Assembly (NCBI GenBank): GCA_043806035.1
Contig: JAZDHK010000033.1
Location: 1-64,000 of the forward strand
DNA length: 64,000 nt
Origin: an archaeon
GTDB taxonomy: Archaea; Nanobdellota; Nanobdellia; Woesearchaeales; UBA9642
Reading direction: 5' to 3'
Every line of letters starts with the position of its first letter. Position 1 is the stretch's first letter. Positions 9,690 to 19,915 of the stretch are shown in pieces. Position numbers and translations under genes: made by a program. Below the pieces are notes generated by a model. It made no database searches. It was not told the origin of the DNA and saw only the letters and a program-made list of their open reading frames with translations.

Positions 9690-10499
9690 ATGAACGTACC
9701 CATCATGTCACCAGCTGCGGAAGCGAAAGGAACAAAGACCTTGCCGAAGCAATTCAGCGAGCCCGTACGTTTAGACTTGATACGAAAAGCAGTGCTCTTG
9801 CTGCAGGCAGGTGCACGACAACCCTATGGAGCACATCCTGAAGCAGGTATGCAAGTCTCGGCAAAACTCTCCAGGCGAAGAAGGGATTACAAGACCAGTT
9901 ATGGTCACGGCATCTCACGGGTCCCAAGGAAAGTATTGAGTGTTCGAGGAACACGATTCAATTGGGTTGGTGCAGAGGCACCAGGAATGGTCAAGGGGCG
10001 AAGAGCGCACCCGCCGAAAGTGGAGAAGCTGGTCGAGAAAAAAATGAACAAGCAAGAGCGAAGAAAGGCAATACGTTCGGCACTCGCGGCAACACTTTCA
10101 AAAGAACTGGTCAAAGCAAGAGGACACATGATCCCTGACAAGTATCCGTTCCTCATCACTGACGATTTTGAACAACTGAAATCAACAAAGCAAGTTGTGC
10201 AAGCACTCACCACTCTCGGCTTCAGCAAGGATTTAGAGCGCGCTCAAGGACGGAAGATCCGGGCAGGAAAAGGAAAGACACGGGGGAGAAAATACAAAGT
10301 ACGCACATCTGTCCTGCTTGTCGTCAGCAAAGACTGCCCACTCCTCATGGCAGCACGCAACATCCCTGGTGTCGACATAACCACAGCACAGGCGCTCAAC
10401 GCAGAACTGCTCGCACCCGGATGCACACCAGGACGCGCGACCCTGTATTCAGAATCCAGCATCTCCGTGCTTGAAAAGCTTTTCGGAGGAAATGCATGA
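9690..10499 (+). CDS. rpl4: 50S ribosomal protein uL4
   Basis: GHGISRVPR, GRRAHPPK, IRAGKGKTRGRKY. Confidence 0.98.
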   Translation: MNVPIMSPAAEAKGTKTLPKQFSEPVRLDLIRKAVLLLQAGARQPYGAHPEAGMQVSAKLSRRRRDYKTSYGHGISRVPRKVLSVRGTRFNWVGAEAPGMVKGRRAHPPKVEKLVEKKMNKQERRKAIRSALAATLSKELVKARGHMIPDKYPFLITDDFEQLKSTKQVVQALTTLGFSKDLERAQGRKIRAGKGKTRGRKYKVRTSVLLVVSKDCPLLMAARNIPGVDITTAQALNAELLAPGCTPGRATLYSESSISVLEKLFGGNA

Positions 10500-10747
10500 G
10501 CGTCGTCAAGCACCCCCTCTCGACAGAAAAAAGCATAAGACTCATGGAGAGCCAGAACAAACTGGTCTTTGTCGTCGAACGAACGGCAACACGCAACCAG
10601 ATCAAGGACGAACTCCAAAAACTGTTCAATGCCAAAATAGTGGCAGTGAACACGCACATTGCTCCTGACGGTGTCAAGAGAGCATACGTGCAATTCCATC
10701 CTGAAACACCAGCGTTGGACGTCGCAACAAAACTAGGACTCATGTGA
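10496..10747 (+). CDS. rpl23: 50S ribosomal protein uL23
   Basis: PLSTEKS...NKLVFVV...KRAYV...ATKLGL. Confidence 0.97.
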   Translation: MSVVKHPLSTEKSIRLMESQNKLVFVVERTATRNQIKDELQKLFNAKIVAVNTHIAPDGVKRAYVQFHPETPALDVATKLGLM

Positions 10748-10751
10748 TACT

Positions 10752-11471
10752 ATGGGTAAAAATCTCATTCAACAGGCAAGAGGAAAAGGAGGCCCAACGT
10801 ATAGAGCGCCGAGCTTCAGATTCAAAGGAGCAGCAAAAGTACAGCACGCTTTTGAGACGATGAAAGTGCTCGACCTCGTACTCTGCCAAGGACATTCCGC
10901 ACCACTCGCATTCGTACAGTATGGAGACGGATCGAGAGGATACGTCATCGCAGGAGAAGGCATCCGCGTCGGTGATGAGTTAGGATCAGCACAGACGGAA
11001 ACAGTACAGACGGGAACGGTGCTCTGCCTCAGGGACATCCCGGAAGGAACGGCCATCTTCAACATCGAAGCAACCCCTGGAGATGGCGGCAGATTCGTCA
11101 GAGCATCAGGAACTACAGCACGCATAACCAACAAAACACCAAAACAAGTAACCGTCAAACTGACCAGCGGCAAATTCAAAACATTCAATCCCAACTGCAG
11201 AGCGACCATCGGTGTTGTCGCTGGTGGCGGCAGGAAAGCGAAGCCCTTCCTGAAAGCAGGCAGAGCATTCCATCACAAGAAGAAAAAGAACAGGTTGTAT
11301 CCAATCATGAGTGGCTCGGCACAGAATGCTGTTGACCACCCCTTCGGTAATAAGCGGACGAGCAGGAAGAGCAAGGCGCGACCTGCTCCGCACAACGCAC
11401 CCCCTGGCAGGAACGTCGGCTACATACGGCCTCGCCAGACAGGACAGAAGAAAGGAAGGGCGCAGGTGTAA
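10752..11471 (+). CDS. rpl2: 50S ribosomal protein uL2
   Basis: MGKNLIQQARGKG, PGDGGRFVRASG, NAVDHPFG. Confidence 0.98.
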   Translation: MGKNLIQQARGKGGPTYRAPSFRFKGAAKVQHAFETMKVLDLVLCQGHSAPLAFVQYGDGSRGYVIAGEGIRVGDELGSAQTETVQTGTVLCLRDIPEGTAIFNIEATPGDGGRFVRASGTTARITNKTPKQVTVKLTSGKFKTFNPNCRATIGVVAGGGRKAKPFLKAGRAFHHKKKKNRLYPIMSGSAQNAVDHPFGNKRTSRKSKARPAPHNAPPGRNVGYIRPRQTGQKKGRAQV

Positions 11472-11474
11472 GAT

Positions 11475-11852
11475 ATGAAGAAAGAGTTTATGTTCCGTGG
11501 AAAAACGCTCGAGGAACTACAGCGATTGTCCATAGCTGAGCTGGCAAAGCTTCTTCCTGCACGGCAGCGAAGGACGATGAAACGGGGTTTTAGCGATGGC
11601 AAAAAGACGCTCGTCAAAAAATTGGAAAAGCATGCCAGTGTTGAGACGCACGAGCGAGACATGATCGTACTGCCCTTCATGGTCGGCAAGACCATCAAAA
11701 TCCACACGGGAAAAGAATTCGTCCCCGTTATCATCCAGCCAGAAATGATCGGCTGCTACCTTGGAGAGTTGGCACTGACGAGAAAACGGGTGCAGCACAA
11801 CGCTCCGGGTGTTGGTGCATCAAAAACAAGCGCTGGACAAAAGAAAGCGTGA
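11475..11852 (+). CDS. rps19: 30S ribosomal protein uS19
   Basis: [23 protein letters not shown]. Confidence 0.97.
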   Translation: MKKEFMFRGKTLEELQRLSIAELAKLLPARQRRTMKRGFSDGKKTLVKKLEKHASVETHERDMIVLPFMVGKTIKIHTGKEFVPVIIQPEMIGCYLGELALTRKRVQHNAPGVGASKTSAGQKKA

Positions 11853-11858
11853 TGATAC

Positions 11859-12287
11859 ATGACTGACAAAGACACGGCACGGGCAGCGGGCAAGGATTTG
11901 CCCATCAGCATCAAGCAAAGCATCGAAGTATGCAATAGCTTGCGCAACAAACCCGTAGCCAGAGCAAAACGCATACTCGAAGATGCCATATCCCTGCGTC
12001 GGGCAATTCCCTTCACGAGATTCATGAATGGCCTCGGGCACAAACCAGGCATCGGTGCGGGGAGATATGCAGTCAAGACGTGCATGGAAACGCTCAAAAT
12101 CCTGAATGCCGCGATTGCGAACGCAGAGAATAAAGGAATTTCCGGAGACCTGCACATCCTACACATTAGTGCTCAACGCGGAAGCACGCAATACCATTAT
12201 GGCAGGCAGCGAAGAGCCAAGATGAAACGAACACACCTAGAAATCATTGTTGGAGAACACCCAAAGCAAAAGGAGGCAACAGCGTGA
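11859..12287 (+). CDS. rpl22: 50S ribosomal protein uL22
   Basis: ISIKQSIEVC, HKPGIGAGRY, NAENKG. Confidence 0.96.
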   Translation: MTDKDTARAAGKDLPISIKQSIEVCNSLRNKPVARAKRILEDAISLRRAIPFTRFMNGLGHKPGIGAGRYAVKTCMETLKILNAAIANAENKGISGDLHILHISAQRGSTQYHYGRQRRAKMKRTHLEIIVGEHPKQKEATA

Positions 12288-13027
12288 TCGAGAGAAAATT
12301 CGTCGCTCAGCGCGTAAAAGAATACCAAATTCAGGAGTATGTGAGCCACAGCATCAGCCGCGTCGGTCACAGCAGCACCAAATTCCAAAGAACTCCTCTG
12401 GGTGAGAAGATAGTGATCACGGCGCAACGTCCTGGTCTCGTTGTGGGGAAAGGAGGATCGAACATCAGCAAGCTCACCAAGAAGCTCAAAGAATTATTCA
12501 ACCTGGAGAATCCACAGATAGAGCTCAACGAGGTCATGCAGCCCTTCCTTGACGCGAGCATTGTTGCGGAGAGCATAGCAAATTCACTTGAACGTTTTGG
12601 TACGCAGCAATTCAAAGGCATAGGGCACAAGGTCATGAGCAGCGTTATGCTGTCCGGTGCGTTAGGTGTTGAGATACTCATCTCGGGAAAGATACCGAGC
12701 AGCAGGGCGAAGACGTGGCGGTTTTATGCGGGCTACTTGAAGAATTGCGGTGACATAGCAGTCTCGGGCGTTCACAAAGCATATGCGGTTGCTAAACTCA
12801 AGTCGGGCGTTGTTGGCATTCAGGTAAAGATCATGCCGCCCACAACCATATTACCTGACAAGATTGTCGTGCTCGATGTCATGGAACAGCAAGCAGGACC
12901 GGTCAAAGAAGAGCCAGAACTCGAAAAGGTTAAGGACGCTGTTGAAAAGGTCATGGAAATGAAACCACGGCGGAAGAAAACAGAGACAAAGCCGAGGCGC
13001 AAGAAAAAAAGTGAGGAACACGCATGA
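12284..13027 (+). CDS. rps3: 30S ribosomal protein uS3
   Basis: RTPLG, RPGLVVGKGG KH domain, GVEILISGK. Confidence 0.97.
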   Translation: MIERKFVAQRVKEYQIQEYVSHSISRVGHSSTKFQRTPLGEKIVITAQRPGLVVGKGGSNISKLTKKLKELFNLENPQIELNEVMQPFLDASIVAESIANSLERFGTQQFKGIGHKVMSSVMLSGALGVEILISGKIPSSRAKTWRFYAGYLKNCGDIAVSGVHKAYAVAKLKSGVVGIQVKIMPPTTILPDKIVVLDVMEQQAGPVKEEPELEKVKDAVEKVMEMKPRRKKTETKPRRKKKSEEHA

Positions 13028-13233
13028 AGTTCAAAGAACTCAAGGCATTGCCGAATGAGGAATTAGCCAAGAAGGTGAACGATGCACGCTTCGAACTCAT
13101 GAAATTGAATGCACAAGTCGCCACAGGCACGAATCCGAAGAACCCCAGCCAGATACGGCAGTTGAAAAAAATGGTAGCACACATCAACACACTCATGCAA
13201 CAACGAAAAGGAGGTGCCAATGGTCGAGGTTGA
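13024..13233 (+). CDS. rpl29: 50S ribosomal protein uL29
   Basis: ELMKL.AQVATG...NPSQIR.LKK.VA.I.T; operon position. Confidence 0.95.
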   Translation: MKFKELKALPNEELAKKVNDARFELMKLNAQVATGTNPKNPSQIRQLKKMVAHINTLMQQRKGGANGRG

Positions 13234-13531
13234 CCCCATTACTGGACTTCCCAAAGCACTCGGCTCGTGGGAAACCATAGCCAAAGAAGGACAACGCATC
13301 ACCGTGTCCATCGTCAAGAAAAAATTTGGCAAAAAATACACGAATGTGTCGGGCATCCAAGACATCAACCTGAAAGACCTGGTAAAGAGCCTCAAGAGCA
13401 AGTTCGCTTGCGGTGGAACGGCAAAGGACGGCGTCATCGAACTCCAAGGCGATCACTTGGCAAAGGTCAAGCAATACCTGATCGAACTGGGATTCCCGCC
13501 CGAGACCATAAGCATAAAAGAAGAACGATGA
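13220..13531 (+). CDS. sui1: Translation initiation factor SUI1 (aIF1)
   Basis: LKSKFACGGT, IELQGDH. Confidence 0.95.
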   Translation: MVEVDPITGLPKALGSWETIAKEGQRITVSIVKKKFGKKYTNVSGIQDINLKDLVKSLKSKFACGGTAKDGVIELQGDHLAKVKQYLIELGFPPETISIKEER

Positions 13532-13695
13532 TGATCGGCAAACACATCAAGATCAAGAGCGCAAACTCCCTCATTTCAGGAATGCAGGGCGTGGTGGTCG
13601 ACGAGACCAAGCACACACTCATCATAGACACCAGCAAAGGAAGGAAAACACTCATCAAAAACACACTCACCATAGAAGAGGCACACAATGCGTGA
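13528..13695 (+). CDS. rnp1: RNase P protein Rpp29/Pop4 (short)
   Basis: IG..IKI...GMQGVVVDETKHTL; canonical position between SUI1 and S17; 55 aa. Confidence 0.85.
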   Translation: MMIGKHIKIKSANSLISGMQGVVVDETKHTLIIDTSKGRKTLIKNTLTIEEAHNA

Positions 13696-14029
13696 AACCA
13701 TGAAGGCAAAAAACACAGGCATAAACGTTCCTGCCCCGGAAAAACTCGTGCAGGACAGGAATTGTCCGTTCACCGGCACGGCAAGGCTTCGAGGGAGAAC
13801 ATTCGTTGGCAGAGTCATCAGCGACCGCATGGCAAAGACCTGCACCGTCGAATTTTCCTCACGAAGGCTGAACAAGAAATACGAACGATACGAGCAAATA
13901 CGCACGAGACTCAAAGCACACAACCCGCCAAGCATAGCGGCGAAGACAGGAGATCTCGTCAAACTCGCGGAGACGAGACCGCTGTCGAAGACAAAGCACT
14001 TCATTATCATCCAAGTACTAGGAGAGTGA
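13688..14029 (+). CDS. rps17: 30S ribosomal protein uS17
   Basis: DRNCPF.G...RGR, KYERYE, ETRPLSKTKHF. Confidence 0.97.
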   Translation: MRETMKAKNTGINVPAPEKLVQDRNCPFTGTARLRGRTFVGRVISDRMAKTCTVEFSSRRLNKKYERYEQIRTRLKAHNPPSIAAKTGDLVKLAETRPLSKTKHFIIIQVLGE

Positions 14030-14033
14030 ACAC

Positions 14034-14435
14034 ATGCAATCCATCAAGTCACGCATCCCCAAATCGCTCCCCGTCGGGGCGTACGTTGAGACGTGTGACA
14101 ACTCAGGCGCAAAGGTCGTCAAAATAACATCGGTGCTCGGGCACAAAACCGTGAAAGGGAGATTTCCCGCAGCAGGCATCGGTGACATGGTGACGGTTGC
14201 CGTAAAAAAGGGCAAGCCAGACATGCGAAAACAGGTGGTCTTCGCCATCATCGTCAGACAGAAGAAAGAGTTCAGGAGACCATCGGGATTGCGCGTGAAG
14301 TTTGAAGACAATAGTGTCGTCGTGCTCAAGGACGAGAAAGGGAATCCGAAAGGCACGATTTTCAAAGGGCCAATAGCAAAGGAAGTATGTGAGCGTTGGC
14401 CCGCAATAGCAAAAGTGGCAAGCATCATTGTGTGA
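14034..14435 (+). CDS. rpl14: 50S ribosomal protein uL14
   Basis: DNSGAK, VKFEDN, GPIAKE. Confidence 0.98.
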   Translation: MQSIKSRIPKSLPVGAYVETCDNSGAKVVKITSVLGHKTVKGRFPAAGIGDMVTVAVKKGKPDMRKQVVFAIIVRQKKEFRRPSGLRVKFEDNSVVVLKDEKGNPKGTIFKGPIAKEVCERWPAIAKVASIIV

Positions 14436-14440
14436 GTATC

Positions 14441-14812
14441 ATGGCATTCGCAACAAGTTGGAAAGCAAGCAATCGTCCTCGGAAACAGAGGAACTACAGG
14501 AACAATGCACCGTTGCATATTCGCGGCAGTTTCCTGCACGCGCCGCTGAGCAAGGACTTGAAGAAGAAATACAAGAAGAACGCAGTACGCGTCAGACGAG
14601 AGGACAAGGTGAAGATCATCAAGGGGACGTATGCGGGCAAGGAAGGAAAGATAGAACGCATCAACACCAAACGGGGACTGCTCTACCTCACCAAGGTGGA
14701 TGTGCAGAAGAAAGATGGTTCGAAAGCACTCGTTCCCCTCCGTCCCGCATCCGTCGTCATCACTGAATTGTATCTCGATGATAAGAAGAGGGCACAACGC
14801 TTCAAGGTGTAA
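14441..14812 (+). CDS. rpl24: 50S ribosomal protein uL24
   Basis: PRKQR...NAPLH, KOW motif D.VKI..G...GKEGK. Confidence 0.96.
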   Translation: MAFATSWKASNRPRKQRNYRNNAPLHIRGSFLHAPLSKDLKKKYKKNAVRVRREDKVKIIKGTYAGKEGKIERINTKRGLLYLTKVDVQKKDGSKALVPLRPASVVITELYLDDKKRAQRFKV

Positions 14813-14814
14813 TC

Positions 14815-15498
14815 ATGGGTCAGCATCTCAAACGCATCAATGCGCCAAAAACATGGCACTTGCTCAGGAAAGAGCAAATCTTCGTGAGTAGACCTCGTCC
14901 AGGAAGGCACGCGCAAGACAGAGGCATACCTCTCCTGCTGCTTGTCAGGGACCATCTGCACAAGGTCGACACGCTCAAGGAACTGAAGTACTTGATTACC
15001 AACAAGGCAATACTCATTAATGGCAAGGTGGTCAGGGAACCGCGAACGCTAATAGGCATCATGGATGTACTGAGCCTGCACGCGGATCACTATCGTATCA
15101 TCATCACCAGGTTCGGACGATATACGGGCATACCCATCCCTGCAGCGGAGGCAAATACGCGCATTGAGAAAATCATCGCCAAACATATAGTCAAGGGCAT
15201 GCAGCAAGTGACCCTCATGAGCGGCATGACCTTCCTCACCAAAGAAAAATATGCTGTCGGTGATTCCCTCGTGCTTGTTGACAACAAGGTAAGCCAACAC
15301 CTACCACTCAAGGAAGGAATGGCTGCGCTCATCTATCGCGGGAAATCTGCGGGCAGGATCATTCACATCACAAAACTTGAAGGCAAACTCGTTCATTTTG
15401 TGCAAGGAGACATACAAGTGAAGACGAACAAAGACTACGTACTGGCACTTGGTGAGAAACAAACCCTCAAACACATAACCGAGGAAGCTCATGAATAA
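14815..15498 (+). CDS. rps4e: 30S ribosomal protein eS4
   Basis: HLKR.NAP.TW, PRPG.H, IGIMDV. Confidence 0.95.
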   Translation: MGQHLKRINAPKTWHLLRKEQIFVSRPRPGRHAQDRGIPLLLLVRDHLHKVDTLKELKYLITNKAILINGKVVREPRTLIGIMDVLSLHADHYRIIITRFGRYTGIPIPAAEANTRIEKIIAKHIVKGMQQVTLMSGMTFLTKEKYAVGDSLVLVDNKVSQHLPLKEGMAALIYRGKSAGRIIHITKLEGKLVHFVQGDIQVKTNKDYVLALGEKQTLKHITEEAHE

Positions 15499-16009
15499 CG
15501 TCATGCGAACGATCAGAGTAGAGAAGGTAACACTCAACGTCGGTGCGGGAAAAGACCAGAAGGTGCTCGAAAAAGGACTCGTCCTGCTCAAACACATCAC
15601 CGGCATAAATCCAGTCAAGACCATTACGCAGAAACGACTTGCAGCGTGGGGCTTGCGACCGGGCCTGCCTATCGGCTGCAAGGTGACATTGCGTGGCAAA
15701 CAGGCCGTGCAACTCATACCACAACTGTTGAGCGCAAAGGACAACGTGTTGCGGGAGAACAACTTCGACGACCACGGCAACATCAGCTTCGGCATAGAAG
15801 AATACATCGACATTCACAACATCAAGTACTTGCCAGAGATAGGCATCATGGGATTACAGACGTGCATCACGCTCGAACGTCCAGGATTCAGAATCAAGAA
15901 GAGGAAATTGTTCAAGAAAAAAATACCTGCACACCACCGCATTTCGCGGAAGGAGGCCATGCAATTCATGCAAGACCAGTTCAAGGTAACCTTTGGTGAT
16001 CAAGAATGA
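15491..16009 (+). CDS. rpl5: 50S ribosomal protein uL5
   Basis: [26 protein letters not shown]. Confidence 0.97.
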   Translation: MNNVMRTIRVEKVTLNVGAGKDQKVLEKGLVLLKHITGINPVKTITQKRLAAWGLRPGLPIGCKVTLRGKQAVQLIPQLLSAKDNVLRENNFDDHGNISFGIEEYIDIHNIKYLPEIGIMGLQTCITLERPGFRIKKRKLFKKKIPAHHRISRKEAMQFMQDQFKVTFGDQE

Positions 16010-16236
16010 CTGCAAGCAATCCACGAAAAATGCTTATCCAGATAGGAGACAAGCCGGCAAAGATGTCCAAATATCAAAAGTACAATAACCCGAAACAGCG
16101 GGCGTCAGGAAAAAACGTGAAGTTGTGCATTCGCTGCGGAAGGAGAGGAGGTCACATTGCCAAGTACGGCATCAACGTGTGCAGGCAATGTTTCCGGGAA
16201 ATAGCATTGCACATCGGCTTCAAGAAGTATAGGTGA
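16006..16236 (+). CDS. rps14: 30S ribosomal protein uS14 with N-terminal extension
   Basis: C..CG...CRQCFRE.A..IGFKKY zinc finger. Confidence 0.96.
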   Translation: MTASNPRKMLIQIGDKPAKMSKYQKYNNPKQRASGKNVKLCIRCGRRGGHIAKYGINVCRQCFREIALHIGFKKYR

Positions 16237-16240
16237 ACAC

Positions 16241-16633
16241 ATGGTACTCAACGATCCACTCGCAAACGTCCTCAGCCACATCAAAAACTATGAGAAGACG
16301 GGCAAGAAGGAACTCACGACAAAATTCAATTCAAAAACCATAAGACAAGTGCTCACCTTGCTCCAAGACAACACCTACCTGGGCGCACACGAAGAAATAG
16401 AGAACGGAAAGTCAGGACTGCTCAAAATTAATTTACTAGGTGCAATCAACGACATCGGCGTCATCAAGCCGCGATTTCCTGTCAAACTGTCTCAGTATGA
16501 GAAATTCGAAAAAAGTTTCCTTCCCGCAAAGAATTTCGGCATCATCATCGTTTCAACACCCAAAGGCATGATGACACACATGCAGGCGAAGGAACAAAAA
16601 TTAGGCGGTAAGCTCATCTGCTACTGCTATTGA
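16241..16633 (+). CDS. rps8: 30S ribosomal protein uS8
   Basis: DPLANVLS, GVIKPRF, VSTPKGMMTH. Confidence 0.97.
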   Translation: MVLNDPLANVLSHIKNYEKTGKKELTTKFNSKTIRQVLTLLQDNTYLGAHEEIENGKSGLLKINLLGAINDIGVIKPRFPVKLSQYEKFEKSFLPAKNFGIIIVSTPKGMMTHMQAKEQKLGGKLICYCY

Positions 16634-16644
16634 AAGGCACAATC

Positions 16645-17175
16645 ATGAAAGAAAGCGTAGAACTCCCCGGTGGCGTGCAGGCAACATTCGTAGATGGGTT
16701 GCTCTCCGTCAAGGGACCAAAGGGAGAGGCAACACGGCTCATCAGTGTTCCAGGGTTGATTATCAGCGTACAGGATAAGAGTGTGGTGCTTGAGACGAAA
16801 GAGTCAACCAAGCGAGACAAAAAACTACTGTACACGTTCGTTGCACATCTCAAGAACCTGTGCAAGGGCGTTACAGAAGGGCACAGGTATGTGTTGCGCA
16901 TCTGCTCAGGGCACTTTCCTATGAATGTTGCTATGAAGGGGCAAGTGTTTGAGGTCAAGAACTTCCTCGGTGAGAAAGTCCCTCGTGTGGCCACACTGCC
17001 ACAAGGGGTGCAGGTGAAGATTGACGCGAAAGATGTCATTGTCGAGGGCTGCGATTTGGAAAAGACCGCACAGGCAGCAGCGACCATAGAACAGCTCACC
17101 AAGCGTGTCGGTTTTGATAGGCGCATCTACCAGGACGGCATTTACATCATCGAAAAGGACGGCAACCCCTTGTGA
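16645..17175 (+). CDS. rpl6: 50S ribosomal protein uL6
   Basis: KGPKG, HFPM, NFLGEK, DRRIYQDGIY. Confidence 0.97.
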   Translation: MKESVELPGGVQATFVDGLLSVKGPKGEATRLISVPGLIISVQDKSVVLETKESTKRDKKLLYTFVAHLKNLCKGVTEGHRYVLRICSGHFPMNVAMKGQVFEVKNFLGEKVPRVATLPQGVQVKIDAKDVIVEGCDLEKTAQAAATIEQLTKRVGFDRRIYQDGIYIIEKDGNPL

Positions 17176-17723
17176 GAACCATGGATACACTCAGCATCAA
17201 GCAAGCTATGAAGAAAAGAAAGCCCGTCTTTACGAGGCAGGACAATCACAAGAAGCGCCTCGCACCGGGCTGGAGAAAGCCAAAAGGCTGCCATTCAAAA
17301 ATGCGGCACAAGATCAAAGGATACAAGCGAAACGTCACCACGGGTTATGGGACACCACGCCAGCTCAGGCACACGGACCTGCACGGCAAGACGATACGGA
17401 CGATTGCAAACGTAGAGGATATGTTGCGTCTTCCCAAAGAGTGCGTGGTCATCATTGCACGCACGGTTGGCATGCAAAAACGCAAACTGCTCCTCGATGA
17501 GCTGCACAAGAAAAGAATAAACATGCATGTGACGACGATTGAGCAGGAGCAAGAAAAAATCAGCGCAGCACTCAAGAAGAAACAGGAAAAGAAAACAGAA
17601 GAAAAAACGGAAAAGAAAGAAGACAAGCCCGTCTTCAAGAAAGAACACACAGCTGTTTCTGAAGAGGAAAAGAAACAACAAGCAAAGAAGGAAATGGATA
17701 AGGCGCTCATCCATACAGATTAA
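17172..17723 (+). CDS. rpl32e: 50S ribosomal protein eL32 with charged C-terminal extension
   Basis: P.F.RQD.HK...WRKPKG.HSKMR. Confidence 0.93.
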   Translation: MRTMDTLSIKQAMKKRKPVFTRQDNHKKRLAPGWRKPKGCHSKMRHKIKGYKRNVTTGYGTPRQLRHTDLHGKTIRTIANVEDMLRLPKECVVIIARTVGMQKRKLLLDELHKKRINMHVTTIEQEQEKISAALKKKQEKKTEEKTEKKEDKPVFKKEHTAVSEEEKKQQAKKEMDKALIHTD

Positions 17724-17732
17724 GGTGAACAC

Positions 17733-18242
17733 ATGAAACTGACCGTACAAAAAAGGCTCGCAGCAGGCATCCTTGGCTGCTCTCCCAAACGGGTAGTCTT
17801 TCATACGGAACGACTCGACGAAATCAAAGAGGCCATAACCAGAGAAGACATTAGAGGGCTTGTTGCCGATGGCGCAATCATCAGGACCAATGCACAAGGT
17901 GTTTCCCGGGCGCGGGCAAATAAGCGACTGGTTCAGTACAGGAAAGGCAGAAGGAAAGGTCAGGGTTCGCAGAAAGGAAAAGCAACCGCACGCCTCAATG
18001 CCAAAACGGACTGGATACACCGCGTACGTTTGCAACGGGCATTCCTGGCAAACCTCAAAGAGAAAGGTTTCATCAGCAAAGCAGCCACGCGAGAAGTGTA
18101 TACGAAGATCAAAGGCGGCTTTTTCAGGAACAAGCGGCACGTCAAGCTCTTCATGGAAGAGAAAGGACTGTTCCTCAAGAAAGAACCGACGAAGATAAAG
18201 AAAAAGGACACGAAGAGCGACCACCTACTCAAGGTACAGTGA
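17733..18242 (+). CDS. rpl19e: 50S ribosomal protein eL19
   Basis: QKRLAA, AITREDIR, GRRKGQGS.KG. Confidence 0.97.
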   Translation: MKLTVQKRLAAGILGCSPKRVVFHTERLDEIKEAITREDIRGLVADGAIIRTNAQGVSRARANKRLVQYRKGRRKGQGSQKGKATARLNAKTDWIHRVRLQRAFLANLKEKGFISKAATREVYTKIKGGFFRNKRHVKLFMEEKGLFLKKEPTKIKKKDTKSDHLLKVQ

Positions 18243-18246
18243 GACC

Positions 18247-18777
18247 ATGATGTATCGACGAAAACAAGAAGGCAGGACGAACTACAAGCTCAGGCTCAAG
18301 CTCTTGCAGAGCAAACGGCCACGACTCGTCATTCGCAAGTCCAACAAACACATCCTAGTACAAGTAGTCCACTACGCGCAAAGTGGTGACATCGTCAAAG
18401 CAAGTGCGACGACGAAACAACTGCCCAAGTATGGATGGACGGCAGGCACAAACAACATCCCAGCAGCATATCTTGCAGGATTCCTGCTCGGCAAGAATGC
18501 TGTCAAAGCGGACACGAAAGACGCCATCGTCGATCTCGGCATGCAAGTTGCCAAGAAAGGCAACGTGCTCTATGCTGTTGTCAAAGGGGCGATTGATGCA
18601 GGCATGGTTATCCCGTGCAGCGAGGAAGCATTCCCCACACAAGAGAGGTTGGTGGGCAAGCACATTCAAGTGTATGCAGGCAAGGCGCAACAGCACCACT
18701 TTGCAAAAACAAAACAGGCAGCACTCGATCTTCCTGCACTCGTTCAAAAAACAAAGGAAAACATCGTGAAATCATGA
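18247..18777 (+). CDS. rpl18: 50S ribosomal protein uL18
   Basis: RRK.EGRTNY..RL.LL, N.PAAYL.G. Confidence 0.97.
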   Translation: MMYRRKQEGRTNYKLRLKLLQSKRPRLVIRKSNKHILVQVVHYAQSGDIVKASATTKQLPKYGWTAGTNNIPAAYLAGFLLGKNAVKADTKDAIVDLGMQVAKKGNVLYAVVKGAIDAGMVIPCSEEAFPTQERLVGKHIQVYAGKAQQHHFAKTKQAALDLPALVQKTKENIVKS

Positions 18778-19553
18778 GCGAAAAAGAAACAGAAGAAGAA
18801 GCAGTAGTCGTCCAGCCCGTCGATGAGGCAGAGGCGCCAGCACCAACACTGCCCGAAGGTCTTGACAAGTGGCAGCCAAAGACAAGTATTGGCAAGAAGG
18901 TCAAGGAGCGAGAAATCGTGAATGTGGATGAAATCCTCGATAACGGACGCAGGATTATGGAGTTTCAAATAGTCGACATGCTCCTGCCCAACATCGAAAG
19001 TGATTTGCTGCACATTGGCCAGAGCAAAGGAAAGTTCGGGGGAGGCTCTCGACGCGTCTTCAAGCAAACGCAGAAAAAAACAAAGGAAGGGAACAAGCCG
19101 CACTTTGCAACGCTCACCGTCGTCGGCAACAGGGATGGCTACGTAGGCATAGGCTATGGCAAGGCGAAGGAGACCGTTCCTGCACGAGAGAAGAGCTTGC
19201 GCAAAGCAAAGACGAACCTCTTCAAGATCGCACGCGGTTCAGGATCGTGGGAAGACAAGACGACAGAACCACACACCATCCCCTTCAAAGTGACAGGTAA
19301 GTGTGGCAGCTGCAAAATAACCCTACTTCCTGCTCCCAAAGGCAAGGGATTGTGTGTTGAGAAAGAATGCGCAAAAATCCTTGCGCTCGCAGGCATACAG
19401 AACGTGTGGAGCAAGACAGAAGGGCAGACGAAGAACAAGATTAACCTCATTTATGCATGCGAGCGAGCCCTCCGAAAGCTCGTCACCACCAAAGTCAGGA
19501 GTGTCGATGCTCAGAACGTGAGCATGATGCTCGGCAAGAGGGAACAAGCATGA
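18774..19553 (+). CDS. rps5: 30S ribosomal protein uS5
   Basis: WQPKT.IG, VGNRDGYVG, GSWE, PAPKG.GL; start ATG 18774. Confidence 0.97.
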   Translation: MSEKETEEEAVVVQPVDEAEAPAPTLPEGLDKWQPKTSIGKKVKEREIVNVDEILDNGRRIMEFQIVDMLLPNIESDLLHIGQSKGKFGGGSRRVFKQTQKKTKEGNKPHFATLTVVGNRDGYVGIGYGKAKETVPAREKSLRKAKTNLFKIARGSGSWEDKTTEPHTIPFKVTGKCGSCKITLLPAPKGKGLCVEKECAKILALAGIQNVWSKTEGQTKNKINLIYACERALRKLVTTKVRSVDAQNVSMMLGKREQA

Positions 19554-19915
19554 AACTTGCCGCAATACGCATTCGGGGCATCACGGGAGTAAAAACAACG
19601 ACAGCAACAGCACTTGACACAATTCATTTGGGAAGGAAATTCCATTGCATTGTTCTCGAGGACAACCCCTGCAACAGAGGGCAACTGGAAAAGTGTAAGG
19701 ACTTCATTACATACGGTGCAATCGATGCGGAGACGGAGACATTGCTCGTGCAGAAGCGAGGCAAGAAAGACAAGCAAGGCAAACTCCTTCCATTTTTTAC
19801 CCTCAACCCGCCACGAGGTGGCTTTGAACGAAAGGGAATCAAAGTGCCCACGAGCAAAGGTGGCGCATTAGGTCAAAGGAAGAATATGGGTGACTTGCTC
19901 AAAAAAATGGTGTGA
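19550..19915 (+). CDS. rpl30: 50S ribosomal protein uL30
   Basis: AAIRIRG, KDFITYG, LNPPRGGF. Confidence 0.95.
   Translation: MKLAAIRIRGITGVKTTTATALDTIHLGRKFHCIVLEDNPCNRGQLEKCKDFITYGAIDAETETLLVQKRGKKDKQGKLLPFFTLNPPRGGFERKGIKVPTSKGGALGQRKNMGDLLKKMV

Noticed and set aside
17295-18224. 309-aa minus-strand ORF and many similar antisense ORFs
   Set aside because: Shadow frames of r-protein and giant-protein genes with no motifs
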